A stretch of 62,967 nt of DNA, the filler included. It is 9 parts of 9 records of this genome, joined end to end, with 100 filler letters (N's around TTAATTAATTAA, not from the genome) between each part and the next. Parts side by side here need not be neighbours in the genome. Positions count along the whole stretch, not along the records: positions 8,181 to 13,261 come from SRR31156797_88140; positions 13,362 to 18,601 come from SRR31156797_88295; positions 18,702 to 26,019 come from SRR31156797_88313; 6 more parts are not named here. One strand, 5' to 3'. Below, one piece after another: positions 10,558-21,232 of this stretch (the stretch's first letter is position 1; each line of letters opens with the position of its first letter). The position numbers and the translations under genes are program-made. The notes below the pieces were generated by a model, which was not told the origin of the DNA, did no database searches, and was given only the letters and a program-made list of their open reading frames with translations.

Positions 10558-12573
10558 TCACCGTGCCTTGGGATACTTTATCGGGCAAGGCCTGTTGGGA
10601 TCGTTCCGAAGTGGACAGAGATAAGTGGAGTTCACCATCCAGGAGTTTTGACCGACGTTGCCCTCGTAACCGATGACGCCGCTCCAGATGTAGCTTCCGA
10701 TTCGGAGCACAAATTCCTGTTCGCCCGTAACATCTCCGGGCGGTATCCCGGAAAGGTCGATGAGGTTGGGGCCACCGTTCTCACCGTCGTGCGAGCCCAT
10801 GATGATCAAAGCCACCTTTCCGCTGTCCCACTTGACCTCCACCCAATCTTCAGCGTAACCGAAAATCCGCGCCCGCCCCTGGTCTACCTCACCGCTGTTG
10901 CCCGGAAACACGCCTTCCGGATCGCGTCCCAGTCGGCCGTCCTCGTCGGAAATAACGTATTCACCGCACCTGAAGTATACCTGGCTTGCCGGCGTGATCA
11001 GCTGCGTGGGATCAATGCCTTCATCGGTGATCTCCACTTCGAAGGATAAATAGTAACTGTCGGATCGATTCCCGCCGCTAGACTCGGCGTGGTAGGAGGT
11101 CAGGGTGGCCTCGGGGATTTCCGCCCCTTCGATGTGAAGAGAATCCGATCTATTGAGAGCGTTGTTGAAAATGAGGTCGCGAACCACGTCGGGGCCTCTA
11201 AATTTTCTCGGAAAATTCATCATCACCGTTTCGGTCAACTGCCCGTGAGCGGTATCGTGCCCGTAGGGGTAGAGCTCTTTACTGGCCCAGCGGTTCATGG
11301 GCTTCGTGGTCGAGGAAGGCGGTAGGTCGTCGGAGTAGGAAAGAAAATTGATGTACCAGTATTCACCGGGATTGTCCAGTGCATGTCTTTGAAGCGAGAG
11401 GAAATATGGTTGTTTGTGATACCATCCTTGCGGGTTGTATACGTCTTGGATAAAGAAATCGACCTTGTCTTTGGACGTGAACGTTGTGTTTTTTTGCCAA
11501 TGGACGTAAATGCCACGATCACCATCACCATGTACGCAATGGTCTCGAACGACGAAAACGATTTTGTTCCGAACCTCCCCCAATTTAGGCATATCGTTTT
11601 TCAACCAATATCGATCCAAGCCCGGATTGCGTGCTTTCAGGACGCTCATGAACTTGTCGGAAATGTCCTCGTCGCCGTGCTCTTGCTTGATGAACATGAT
11701 GATGGTCTCTCCGGGGTTTTTATCCAGGAACTCGAATGCTTGACGAATCACGGTATCGAATTTTAGATCGGCCTGAACAAAGCTGTGAAAAATTCTCAAT
11801 GGGCCGTCGTCGCCGACCCCCAGTCTGATGTCGAAGGCGCGAATGCCAAAATACATTTGGGCCAACAAGGCGTACTGCTGGCAGACCGCATAATCGTCGA
11901 GACCACTATTCATGGCATAAGTGCCGGAGTCGTGGGTACCGGGGATGGCGATTTCCGACAGCTTCTTGTCGTCGTCGATGTACTGGCTCATCCATTTAGG
12001 GAAAGTGCCGTTGGCGGTTACGTAGAAGGTGTCAACGCTCTCTCCGCTGTCTCCGCCAGTGTTCGACCAGATGCTGTACTTGCCGTCCCGGGTGCATATT
12101 ACCCACCTGGGGGTGATACCGATGAAACCAGTTCCCCCGCACCACCAATTATTCCTTCCATTATATCCCTGTCCCACATTCAATTCATATTGATTGCCGT
12201 CCATCTGAATCGCGCCATAGACGAAGAAGTTGAGTTTGTCCGGCTCCAATTTGAGATCTCCCGTATCATTACCGATGATGCTTCGCTCATAGTCCATGAC
12301 GTCAATAAAATCGGTGGCGACGTCCTGGGAGCCTTTTCTGTGACTTTTGGCATCGATCTCGACTCCGTTCCCATTGTCGTGGACCCAACACCCCCCCCAG
12401 CATTTGTCACCTGTGACAACATGGCCCCAGAGCAAGTAACCCAGCTTGGGGCCGCTTGAGTTGAAATAGACCTTGTTGTGGTGTTCCCAGCAGATGTGCG
12501 CCTCGGCCCGCGCGCTGATAGTGGTCGTCAACAGCGCCACCAAGAGGAAGAATCCAATTTTCAAGGAATTCAT
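10558..12573 (-). CDS. Secreted PI-specific phospholipase C (X-domain) protein with extra N- and C-terminal domains
   Basis: Signal peptide; LSEIAIPGTHDSG, CQ..L..Q...GIRAFDIRL, IFH, PGETIIMFIKQE, LGEVRNKIV, IQDVY. Confidence 0.85.
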   Translation of the reverse strand: MNSLKIGFFLLVALLTTTISARAEAHICWEHHNKVYFNSSGPKLGYLLWGHVVTGDKCWGGCWVHDNGNGVEIDAKSHRKGSQDVATDFIDVMDYERSIIGNDTGDLKLEPDKLNFFVYGAIQMDGNQYELNVGQGYNGRNNWWCGGTGFIGITPRWVICTRDGKYSIWSNTGGDSGESVDTFYVTANGTFPKWMSQYIDDDKKLSEIAIPGTHDSGTYAMNSGLDDYAVCQQYALLAQMYFGIRAFDIRLGVGDDGPLRIFHSFVQADLKFDTVIRQAFEFLDKNPGETIIMFIKQEHGDEDISDKFMSVLKARNPGLDRYWLKNDMPKLGEVRNKIVFVVRDHCVHGDGDRGIYVHWQKNTTFTSKDKVDFFIQDVYNPQGWYHKQPYFLSLQRHALDNPGEYWYINFLSYSDDLPPSSTTKPMNRWASKELYPYGHDTAHGQLTETVMMNFPRKFRGPDVVRDLIFNNALNRSDSLHIEGAEIPEATLTSYHAESSGGNRSDSYYLSFEVEITDEGIDPTQLITPASQVYFRCGEYVISDEDGRLGRDPEGVFPGNSGEVDQGRARIFGYAEDWVEVKWDSGKVALIIMGSHDGENGGPNLIDLSGIPPGDVTGEQEFVLRIGSYIWSGVIGYEGNVGQNSWMVNSTYLCPLRNDPNRPCPIKYPKAR

Positions 12574-12841
12574 GATTATTCCCTTTCCTGTGGTTGTGTT
12601 CTGTTATAACCTGAGCCGTAAATTGTTCGCGTCTTTTCTTTTTTCGGCGGCCTTAAGACTTGCTTCCCGAATTTTAAACATGGCTTGCTCCTTGAAAAAG
12701 GCTAACCTACTGAATAGAGTTCGAATGATTGGTTGGATATTGACTGATTTAATGACAAAAGATACCTATAAGTCAAGAAAAGATGGTTTTATGAATGGTC
12801 AGGATTTCTTAATACTTGGCAGAACTCCAGGGAAGGACTCC

Positions 12842-13261
12842 GTGCATCATAAAAGCGGGGTACCAAGGACAGAAGGGTGCTCTTGCCGGCCCCGGTAGAT
12901 CCGACAAAGGCCACCATCAGACCCTGCTTGAGGTAAAAGGAGACGTCATTGAGCACCCGTTCTTGGGGTGAATACCCAAAACTCACCCCGTCAAATACGA
13001 TGGCTTCTCTGTGGCGGTGGAGCTGTCTTGCTTGAGGACGGTCCCGTATGTCCGCTACGGTGCCCATGATTTCAAAAACGCGCTGGGTGGCGCCCTGAAC
13101 GGTCTTGATCTGATTGTTCACCAATGCAAGTCTTTTGATCGGCCTGTAAACCCTTGAAAACACATAGGCCATTGTCATCAGTTCCCCAAGACTGTGATGG
13201 AAATAGACCTTCCCCACGATCAAGACCCCTGGCATAACGAATAAGGTTAGAGTTTGAGAGC
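12842..13261 (-). pseudogene. MsbA-like ABC exporter fragment that stops abruptly after the Walker A region
   Basis: FDGVSFGY, VGSTGAGKSTLLSLVPRFYD followed by unrelated residues and a stop at 12789; no signature or Walker B. Confidence 0.7.
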
Positions 13262-13361
13262 NNNNNNNNNNNNNNNNNNNNNNNNNNNNNNNNNNNNNNN
13301 NNNNNTTAATTAATTAANNNNNNNNNNNNNNNNNNNNNNNNNNNNNNNNNNNNNNNNNNNN

Positions 13362-13681
13362 TTGATCTGCATGCAGCCGACGTCGATGTTGCCGACACCG
13401 CGCTTGCGCAGTTCGCGAACGGCGTCGATTGCCGCCCACTTGGTGTCGTATTTGACATCGCCCTCGGGTGACGTAACGGTCCAGGGCCAAGCCGAAACCG
13501 TTCCCGACGCCTCGTCGTAACGCCCCGATTCGGCACGCGCGATGGCCGTCAGCAGGTGCGCCGGAATTCCGTTGATGCGCTCCTGATAGGCGGTGAAATT
13601 CTCGCACGATCCCGCCATTGCATTGCCGCCAAGCGCCGCCGCCAGGGCCGCCGTCACGATTGCCAAGGTAACTTTTTTCAT
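13362..13681 (-). CDS. Lytic transglycosylase (SLT), 3' truncated
   Basis: Signal peptide; AIARAESG, AWPWTV, IDVGCMQI. Confidence 0.85.
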
Positions 13682-13870
13682 CTGTCCCACTCCTGCCGGA
13701 GAATGTGCATTCGTCGTCGGATGGATATATGAAAAGGTGAAAACCGGTTTTTTTAAAAAAAACACCATTGCTAGGCGGTTTTGCTCTCAGCCGCCCCCAT
13801 GTTAAATTCGGCGCTCCGGGCTTGGCGGTTCGGAATCGCGACGGGAAGCAAAAAAGGAGGCCGTAAGGCC

Positions 13871-15148
13871 ATGCTGTACAAGGTTATCGGTGGATTGGTC
13901 GCGGTGCTGGTCATTGCCATCAGCGTATGGGTCGGGGCCTATCTGTACGAAGAAGCCCAAAAAGGCGATGCCCCGCGAAGCGACCAGGCGACAGGCGCAG
14001 ATTTGACCGACCGCAATGCCGGCTCCGGCAAGACGACCGCCCTGGCCCCCAGAACCTCGACCCCGAGGACCGCGGCGACCCGGCCCGATGCCTTGATCGA
14101 ACCCGGTGAACTGTTGGTCGCCGATCCGCCAAAGGGTTTCGGTGCCGCGGCCCGGCAGATGGGATTCGACATTCTTGAAGTCGTGCAGCTTCGCCAGCTG
14201 GATATGGAAGTCTATCGCGTTTCCATTCCCAGGGGGAGCAAGGTCGACGACGCCCGAAAGAAACTGGCGGCCCGGTTTCCCGGCATTTCCATCGACAGCC
14301 ACCGCGCTTTCGAATCGCAAGGCGTCAAAGAATACCAGACCCAAACGGCCCGTCCGCTGGCCGGCTGGCCGGCCGCGTCGGCCGCCTGCGGCGCCGGCGT
14401 CCGCATGGGACAGATCGATTCGCCGGTCGACCTGTCGCATCCGGCGCTCAAGGGGCAGCGCATCGAATTCCGCTCGTTTCACAAGGAATCGCGCAGACCG
14501 GGACCGGCCGATCACGGCACCGCGGTGGCCGCCATGTTGGTCGGCAAGCCGGATTGGGGCGGCCTGCTGCCCGGTGCCGAGCTGATCGCCGCCAACATGT
14601 TCGAAGTCAACGAAACCGGCAAGGTGGTCGGCAGCGGTCTGGGTCTATTGAAGGCTATCGACTGGATGGTCCAGAAAGGCGTGCAGGTGGTCAACCTCAG
14701 TGTCGCCGGCGGCGACAACAAGGTCGTGCGAAAGGCTTTCAACAAGGCTCGAAAGAAGGGCCTCGTACTGGTCGCTGCGGCCGGCAACTGGGGCAGCGCG
14801 ACACGGCCGGCCTATCCCGCCGCCTATAGCGACGTGATCGCGGTGACCGCACTCGATAAAAAGCGCGGTATCTACAAAAAGGCCAACCGGGGGAAATACA
14901 TCGATTTCGCCGCACCCGGGGTCCGCGTCTATACCGCCGTACCGAGAGGCGGGCGGGTCATGAGCGGCACGTCTTTTGCGACGCCGTATATTACCGTACT
15001 TTTGGCCATGTCCATCGAGGGCGGAGCATCCAATTCACCCAGTGCTCTTCGCAATACAATGGCCAAACGGGTTGAGGATCTCGGTGATCCGGGTCGCGAC
15101 GACATCTTCGGATGGGGTATCGTCAAGCTGCGGCCGAAGTGCCCGTAA
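13871..15148 (+). CDS. Membrane-anchored S8 subtilisin-like serine protease
   Basis: N-terminal TM; catalytic D (QIDS), HGTAVA, AAAGN, SGTSFATP. Confidence 0.9.
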   Translation: MLYKVIGGLVAVLVIAISVWVGAYLYEEAQKGDAPRSDQATGADLTDRNAGSGKTTALAPRTSTPRTAATRPDALIEPGELLVADPPKGFGAAARQMGFDILEVVQLRQLDMEVYRVSIPRGSKVDDARKKLAARFPGISIDSHRAFESQGVKEYQTQTARPLAGWPAASAACGAGVRMGQIDSPVDLSHPALKGQRIEFRSFHKESRRPGPADHGTAVAAMLVGKPDWGGLLPGAELIAANMFEVNETGKVVGSGLGLLKAIDWMVQKGVQVVNLSVAGGDNKVVRKAFNKARKKGLVLVAAAGNWGSATRPAYPAAYSDVIAVTALDKKRGIYKKANRGKYIDFAAPGVRVYTAVPRGGRVMSGTSFATPYITVLLAMSIEGGASNSPSALRNTMAKRVEDLGDPGRDDIFGWGIVKLRPKCP

Positions 15149-15184
15149 TAATCCGTACGCCGTAACCGGCGGGAGGTAAAAACC

Positions 15185-16459
15185 ATGGTTCTGAAATGGG
15201 TCCTCGGGAACAAGGGAAAACGCAAGAAGAAGGGCGGCAAACCGAAACCGCCCTATGAAGAAGCCAAGCGCATTGCCGCGTCGGGCGACATTGCGGCGCG
15301 TGCCGAGCTGGCATCGATCGAGGATCTGGAACCCGAGATTCTCTATTTCTTCGCTTCCGACGAGGCGGCCGAGGTCCGTCGTGCCGTTGCCGTCAACGAG
15401 GGTACGCCCCTTCAGGCCGACCAGATCCTGGCAACCGATATCGACGAAGAGGTGCGCTTTCAACTGGCCCGAAAGATTGCCCGCCTGGTCCCGACGCTCA
15501 GCAAGGACGAAGCCGACCGCCTGACCAGCATGGCTATGGAGGTGTTGGAAATCCTTGCCAGGGACGACTTGCCGCGGGTCCGTGCCACCATCGCCGAGGA
15601 AATCAAGCGCGCCACCAACATACCGCCGAGGATCGTCAAGAAACTGGCCCGCGACATTGAAAAAACCGTCTCGGCGCCGATCCTCGAATACTCGACCCTA
15701 CTGTCCGACGAAGACCTTCTGGAAATCATTGCCGGCGGCTGTGCCGGCGGCGCCCTGGTTGCCCTGTCGCGCCGCAAGGGTCTGGCCGAACGGGTCGCCG
15801 ACGCTGTCTTCAACACCAAGAACGTGCAGGCCATGGCGGCGTTGCTGAGCAACCAGACGGCAAAAATCTCGAACAAAACCATGGACATGATCGCGGTCGA
15901 TGCCGAGGACCATGTCGAATGGCACGCGCCGATGGTCGATCGCGACAATCTGCCTGCCCGCGTCATCCGGCGGGTCGCGACCTTTGTCAGCGCCTCGCTC
16001 ATGGACATGCTGATCGAAAAACATCGGGATCAGGCGAAACTGGTCGAGGAATTGAGGCAGACGGTTCGCAAACGCATCGAGAAGGGGGATTTCGCCGGTG
16101 ACGATCCGGATTGGGAACCGGCCGACGAACGGGCCCAGGCCATGTTCGACAGCGGCAAGCTGACGGAAGACGCCGTCATCCGCGCGCTGGAGGAAAGCGA
16201 CTATGCCTTCGTCCGCTACGCCTTGACCCATCTGTCCGAGCTGTCGTTCGATATCGTCTCGCGCATCCTCAATACCGGCAGCGGCAAAGCGGTCACCGCG
16301 CTTGTCTGGAAGGCCGGGCTCGGCATGCCGACGGCGTTGATGGTGCAACGCAAGATCTCGCGCATCCCCAACGCAAAACAAGTCCGCCCCGGACCGAAGG
16401 GCCGCTACCCGCTCAGCCGCGAGGACCTGAGTTGGTATATCGAATGCGTTTCGGGATAG
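15185..16459 (+). CDS. DUF2336 family protein
   Basis: HEAT-like repeats; LARD...VSAPILEYS.LLSDEDL, ALL.N..A.I; GGAGG RBS. Confidence 0.8.
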   Translation: MVLKWVLGNKGKRKKKGGKPKPPYEEAKRIAASGDIAARAELASIEDLEPEILYFFASDEAAEVRRAVAVNEGTPLQADQILATDIDEEVRFQLARKIARLVPTLSKDEADRLTSMAMEVLEILARDDLPRVRATIAEEIKRATNIPPRIVKKLARDIEKTVSAPILEYSTLLSDEDLLEIIAGGCAGGALVALSRRKGLAERVADAVFNTKNVQAMAALLSNQTAKISNKTMDMIAVDAEDHVEWHAPMVDRDNLPARVIRRVATFVSASLMDMLIEKHRDQAKLVEELRQTVRKRIEKGDFAGDDPDWEPADERAQAMFDSGKLTEDAVIRALEESDYAFVRYALTHLSELSFDIVSRILNTGSGKAVTALVWKAGLGMPTALMVQRKISRIPNAKQVRPGPKGRYPLSREDLSWYIECVSG

Positions 16460-16929
16460 GCCCAACGGACCCGCCGCGGCGATGAGGCTTGAACAAAAAA
16501 CCGGCCCCTCGGGCGCCGGGCGCGGGTCAAAACGGCGCGGCGAAGGGCCGGTGTCTTTGACGGCGGTGAAGCGGTCGAGGGGGCTGCTCCGCCGCCTTGG
16601 GGAATCCGGCCACTAAAAAGCTTCCTGACGGGAGGGTTCGACTGCACGGGATGCGTTCCCCGACCGGCATTGGCCTGTGTCATGGCCGTTCTTCCATTCT
16701 GTGATAGCACCGCTTTCGGCGCGCCGCTGTGAACTGGTTCACATTGGAAATCGTTCGTTCTTTATTTTGGTTTATTGGGGGGTTGCGTTTCGGGTCCCGC
16801 CGGTTTAGGCAGTAGCTGCCTTGGAGGGTGACTGAACAAAAACCAGGGGCTGCCCGAAAAGCGGATCGATGGGGGTCGATCGGCGGCACAATCTGGGGGC
16901 TCCAACCAGGAATAACCAAGGAACGGCCG

Positions 16930-17331
16930 ATGCCCCCCTTCGAATGGAAAGACGAATACCTGGTCGGCGACAGGCACGTCGACGACCAGCACCAAATGTT
17001 GTTAAGCCTGGCAAATCTGCTCCACGATGCCGTCGTCCGCGGCGCCGACAAATTGATTGTCGACCAGGCTTTTGAAATTCTTCGTTTTTATACCGAACAG
17101 CACTTTTCCGACGAAGAGGAACTGATGGCCCAGCGCCGATGTTTTGGCCTCGAGACCCACAAAAGCAAACATCGCGAATTGACGGTCGAACTTCGCCATT
17201 TATGGTCCGCGAACCTGGACACGGAACCGGAAGACGCGGGAAAGGCTCTCGCCGCGTGGGTCGAGCAACGCCTGATCCCGCACATGATCGTCGCCGACCA
17301 GGATGTGCTCGAAGGCAGCAAACGGACCTAA
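16930..17331 (+). CDS. Bacteriohemerythrin
   Basis: FEWKDEY.VG...VDDQH, HFSDEE, HKSKH, W..HMIVAD. Confidence 0.9.
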   Translation: MPPFEWKDEYLVGDRHVDDQHQMLLSLANLLHDAVVRGADKLIVDQAFEILRFYTEQHFSDEEELMAQRRCFGLETHKSKHRELTVELRHLWSANLDTEPEDAGKALAAWVEQRLIPHMIVADQDVLEGSKRT

Positions 17332-17352
17332 CCGGTAATTTCCGAGTCGATT

Positions 17353-17949
17353 CTAGTTGGCGACACGCGAATCCCGCAGGGCGTCGGTCATGCGTTTCGC
17401 CCTTTCGATATCGTCGTCGGACATTTCTGCAACCAGCCGATCCAGCCGCTCCTCGGCCACCTTCCGGCCGTTCGCCGGCAGATCGGCAATGGCGAAATCC
17501 AACCAAACATAGGCCAGCAAAGGATCGGCCTGAACGCCTTCGCCGGATCGATACAAATCGGCCAGGTTCAGTTCCGCCCTCGAATGGCCTTGCATGGCCG
17601 CCATCCAAATCCAAGAAAAGGCTTCACGCGGGTCTTTGCGGATACCGTTGCCACGGCGGTACAGGACGCCGAGGTTGTTCTGGGCTGTGGCGTTTCCCTG
17701 CTCGGCGGCCTGCCGATACCACTTGGCGGCCATTTCAAGGTCCCGCTGGATGCCCAATCCTTTATGGTAAATCAACGCCAGGCCCAACTGCGCCCGTGAA
17801 TCACCGGCCTTCGCCTCGGGTTCGAAATTCCGGCGCGCCTCTTCATACGCGCCGTCCCGATAGGCGGCAATTCCGGCAGCATAATCCGCAACAGCCAAGC
17901 TTGGCAAAACCACGAGCAAAGCTGCCGCGACCAGCGAAAGCGATCGCAT
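17353..17949 (-). CDS. Secreted Sel1-repeat protein
   Basis: Signal peptide; AAEQGNATAQNNLGVLY..G.G repeats. Confidence 0.9.
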   Translation of the reverse strand: MRSLSLVAAALLVVLPSLAVADYAAGIAAYRDGAYEEARRNFEPEAKAGDSRAQLGLALIYHKGLGIQRDLEMAAKWYRQAAEQGNATAQNNLGVLYRRGNGIRKDPREAFSWIWMAAMQGHSRAELNLADLYRSGEGVQADPLLAYVWLDFAIADLPANGRKVAEERLDRLVAEMSDDDIERAKRMTDALRDSRVAN

Positions 17950-18186
17950 TCAAAGTCTCCGTACTTCAAAACCCCACGAATAAAGGTTGGTTACCTGGAA
18001 CCATGCTGTCAACCTTTGGTCGTTCACGACCCTGCAATTGCTCGAACCCATCATAATTCCGCCATCCGATTACGGGGCGAAAACGGGAGTCGTTTGCAAA
18101 ATGCGACGCAATATGTGAAAACGGGCGTCTGTCAATAGACGCCCGCCGGTTGTTTGACGGCTCCTAGGAAAAAGCCGAATTGGCTG

Positions 18187-18601
18187 TTATTCCCGGGATT
18201 CCCTGAAGGCCTTTGCCATGCGTTCGGCGCGTCGGACTTCATTGTCGGCGAGTTGCTCGACGATTTCGTTGCGCCGGGTCATCGCCAGCTTGCGGCCGCT
18301 GCGCGGCAGGTCGGTCACCGCGAATTCCAGCCAGGCGTAGGCCTGGACCAAATCCTTGCCGACGCCATCGCCTTTCAGGAACATATCCGCCAAATTCATC
18401 TCGGCCCGCGGATTTCCCTGCATCGCAGCCATCCAGATCCAGGTGAAAGCCTCGCGCGAGTCGCGGGCAACACCGTCGCCGCGGCGAAACATAATGCCCA
18501 GGTTGTTCTGTGCGGTCGCGTGCCCCTGCTCGGCGGCTTTCTTGTACCATTCGATTGCTTTTGCATGGTCCTGCTCGACGCCCTTGCCCTTGTGATAGAT
18601 C
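18187..18601 (-). CDS. Sel1-repeat protein, paralogue of neighbour (5' truncated)
   Basis: WYKKAAEQGHATAQNNLGIMF; REAFTWIWMAAMQG shared with the adjacent gene. Confidence 0.85.
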
Positions 18602-18784
18602 NNNNNNNNNNNNNNNNNNNNNNNNNNNNNNNNNNNNNNNNNNNNTTAATTAATTAANNNNNNNNNNNNNNNNNNNNNNNNNNNNNNNNNNNNNNNNNNN
18701 NCAAATTTTCTCATTCGTGGACGGACACTAATAAGGGACCTTTGCCGGATTGTGGATAAGCCGATCCTTTCGGCAATGCCGAAA

Positions 18785-19996
18785 ATGACTTTAAAAAATA
18801 TATTTCAAAACCGCAATCTCACCCTCCTCTGGTTGGGGCAAATGGTCTCTCAGAGTGGTGATTCCATATACCAGATCGGCCTGCTCTGGTTTGTGTTAGA
18901 GCTTACGGGCTCCTCGTCGGCGACCGGGCTTGTGGCCATGGCCTCCTATTTGCCGGCGGTGCTTCTCTCATTATTTGCGGGAGTGGCCGCGGACCGCGGC
19001 GACAAACGGCAAATCATGCTCATATCGGACGGGGCGCGTTTTGGGATGGTGCTGCTGGTTCCCGTCGCCCTTCTGCTGGGCATATTGGACCCCGTTTTTC
19101 TGGGAATAAACGCCTTTGGGGTAGCGATTGGCGCCACTTTTTTCAATCCCGCAAGGGACGCTTTTATTCCACAGATTGTTTCCAAAGAAGGGCTCATTCG
19201 CGCCAATTCCCTAATACAGACAACATGGCAGTTTGCCTTGCTCCTGGGTCCGGCAATTGCGGGAGGGCTGCTCCATTATCTGGGGAATTTTCATCTTTTT
19301 GTTGCCTGTTCCTTCACATATCTGTTCTCGTTTGTCTTTATCCTTTTTATCCGTTCAGGTGGAAAGGTCTTCTCCTCTTCCAAAAAATCTCCCGGCATGA
19401 AAGAGATAAAGGACGGGCTGGTTTTCGCCCTGAAAAATCCGGTCATCTTCCCCCTTCTCCTCTTAACGGCAGCAGACAATATGTTCATCATGGGGCCGGC
19501 CATCGTCGCTTCTCCCGTGTTTGTAAAACAGACGCTGGGGCTTGGCGCCGGCGCTTTTGCCCTGATTATGGCATGCCATGCCATCGGGATGCTCCTTGGC
19601 AGCAGCGGGCTGTTTATCATAGGAAACCGTTTCAAAAAAGGCCGGATCCTGCTGGCCGGAATGGTGCTGGACGGCATTACCTTCATCCCTCTATATTTTG
19701 TCGAATCGTTGGCGAGTGCGGGCATTATCATCGTCATTCATTCTTTGTCGGTGCCGATGATGACGGTAAGTCGGGCGTCCCTCATTCAGGATATGGTCCC
19801 AACTCATATGACCGGAAGGGTTTTCGCCATGGTTAATCTTTCCGTGGTGGGCGTGACTGCCTTATCTTCCGGGCTCACCGGCTTGGCGCTGGAATTTATG
19901 GAGGCGCCCACACTCTTCTTGGCAATCGGACTCGGTGGCGGGCTATGCGGGGTCACGGGGTGGATATTTGCAAAAGGGTTAAGGGCAAGCGCTTAA
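18785..19996 (+). CDS. MFS transporter (DHA3/macrolide-efflux-like)
   Basis: About 12 TM segments; LWLGQMVSQ.GD, GVAADR.DKR motif A. Confidence 0.85.
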   Translation: MTLKNIFQNRNLTLLWLGQMVSQSGDSIYQIGLLWFVLELTGSSSATGLVAMASYLPAVLLSLFAGVAADRGDKRQIMLISDGARFGMVLLVPVALLLGILDPVFLGINAFGVAIGATFFNPARDAFIPQIVSKEGLIRANSLIQTTWQFALLLGPAIAGGLLHYLGNFHLFVACSFTYLFSFVFILFIRSGGKVFSSSKKSPGMKEIKDGLVFALKNPVIFPLLLLTAADNMFIMGPAIVASPVFVKQTLGLGAGAFALIMACHAIGMLLGSSGLFIIGNRFKKGRILLAGMVLDGITFIPLYFVESLASAGIIIVIHSLSVPMMTVSRASLIQDMVPTHMTGRVFAMVNLSVVGVTALSSGLTGLALEFMEAPTLFLAIGLGGGLCGVTGWIFAKGLRASA

Positions 19997-20437
19997 TCTA
20001 TCATCATGAACCGGCCAACTTCCCCGATTCCGGGGCGAACATAACAAGGCATCAGTGGGCGTACAATAGCCGAAAAATTTTCAAGACGGTATGGGACCTG
20101 GCAATTCACGCATATTTAATTTTCTTTTTAATCCTATTATCAACTAGCAAAATCCATCAAGCAGCATTGATCCATAACCCGCCATTCGCACAGAGACACG
20201 CCCATAGGTGTTCCGACATGTTTATATCTTGATTATATGGAAATCATTATTCATATTTCCAAGAACAACCACCCGGAAAAGGACGCTTTTTTCTTGACGC
20301 ACCGCCATGGGATCGGCTATAAAGTTTAATATATAATTCAAAATTTAATCTTTTTTTTCGGAAAATCAGATGAGGAGCCAAAATCTTAGGAACCTGCCAG
20401 CCAAGCCTTGGACGTTTCTGATCTGGGAGATACCCCG

Positions 20438-21166
20438 ATGCATCTCAACAAACTGACCCTGCTTTCCGAAAAATATCCTACCCAAGAATACTATCCCTTT
20501 AACCTTGAGCTTTTCCATGAAACCAAAAGCATCGGATTTCCTTCGCCGGTGACATTTTTCGTGGGTGAAAATGGTACGGGAAAATCGACGCTTCTCAAAG
20601 CCTTGTGTCAAAAATGCGGTATCCACATATGGCAGGGCATGAAAAAAACCCGCCTGCAACCTAACCCTTATGAAGAAGCCCTCCACATGTTTCTCCATAT
20701 TGCGTGGCGTGACGGCAAGGTACCCGGAGCCTTTTTTGGGTCGGAGACATTCCGGGATTTTGCTCAATATTTGGATGAATGGGCGGCGGCAGACCCTTCG
20801 GCCCTTAAATATTTTGGGGGGAAATCTTTAGTCACCCAATCCCATGGGCAATCTCTCTTGACCCTGTTCAAGGCGCGTTACCGGATAAAAGGGCTTTATT
20901 TTTTAGACGAACCGGAAACAGCCCTTTCACCCAAGAGCCAATTAGAGCTGCTTCAGGTGCTAAGAGAGATGGGGGAAGCCGGTCATGCCCAATTCATTAT
21001 CGCCACCCACTCCCCCATTCTCCTGGCATGCCCCGGAGCACATATTTTAAGTTTCGATCAGATACCTGTACGGGAAATCAACTACAAGGAGACAGCGCAC
21101 TACAAGATCTATAAACGCTTCATGGAAGACCCGGATGAATACCTGGGAAAAACGGGATTGGAATGA
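20438..21166 (+). CDS. Stand-alone ABC/AAA_21 ATPase (SHGQ family)
   Basis: GENGTGKST, QSHGQS, LDEPETALSP, IATHSPIL. Confidence 0.85.
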   Translation: MHLNKLTLLSEKYPTQEYYPFNLELFHETKSIGFPSPVTFFVGENGTGKSTLLKALCQKCGIHIWQGMKKTRLQPNPYEEALHMFLHIAWRDGKVPGAFFGSETFRDFAQYLDEWAAADPSALKYFGGKSLVTQSHGQSLLTLFKARYRIKGLYFLDEPETALSPKSQLELLQVLREMGEAGHAQFIIATHSPILLACPGAHILSFDQIPVREINYKETAHYKIYKRFMEDPDEYLGKTGLE

Positions 21167-21232
21167 ATCCGGATCTTTTTTTAAACTTTCGGTTTTTCAA
21201 AACTTCTAACGTGGCATAATGGGAGAGAAAAA

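Noticed and set aside
16460-16929. Structured ncRNA in the GC-rich intergenic region
   Set aside because: Pairing is explicable by high GC content; no family hallmark recognised.
13802-18657. Many long overlapping ORFs (e.g. 13802-14515, 15698-16465, 16805-17614, 17139-18056)
   Set aside because: Shadow frames of GC-rich genes; Arg/Pro-rich with no motifs.
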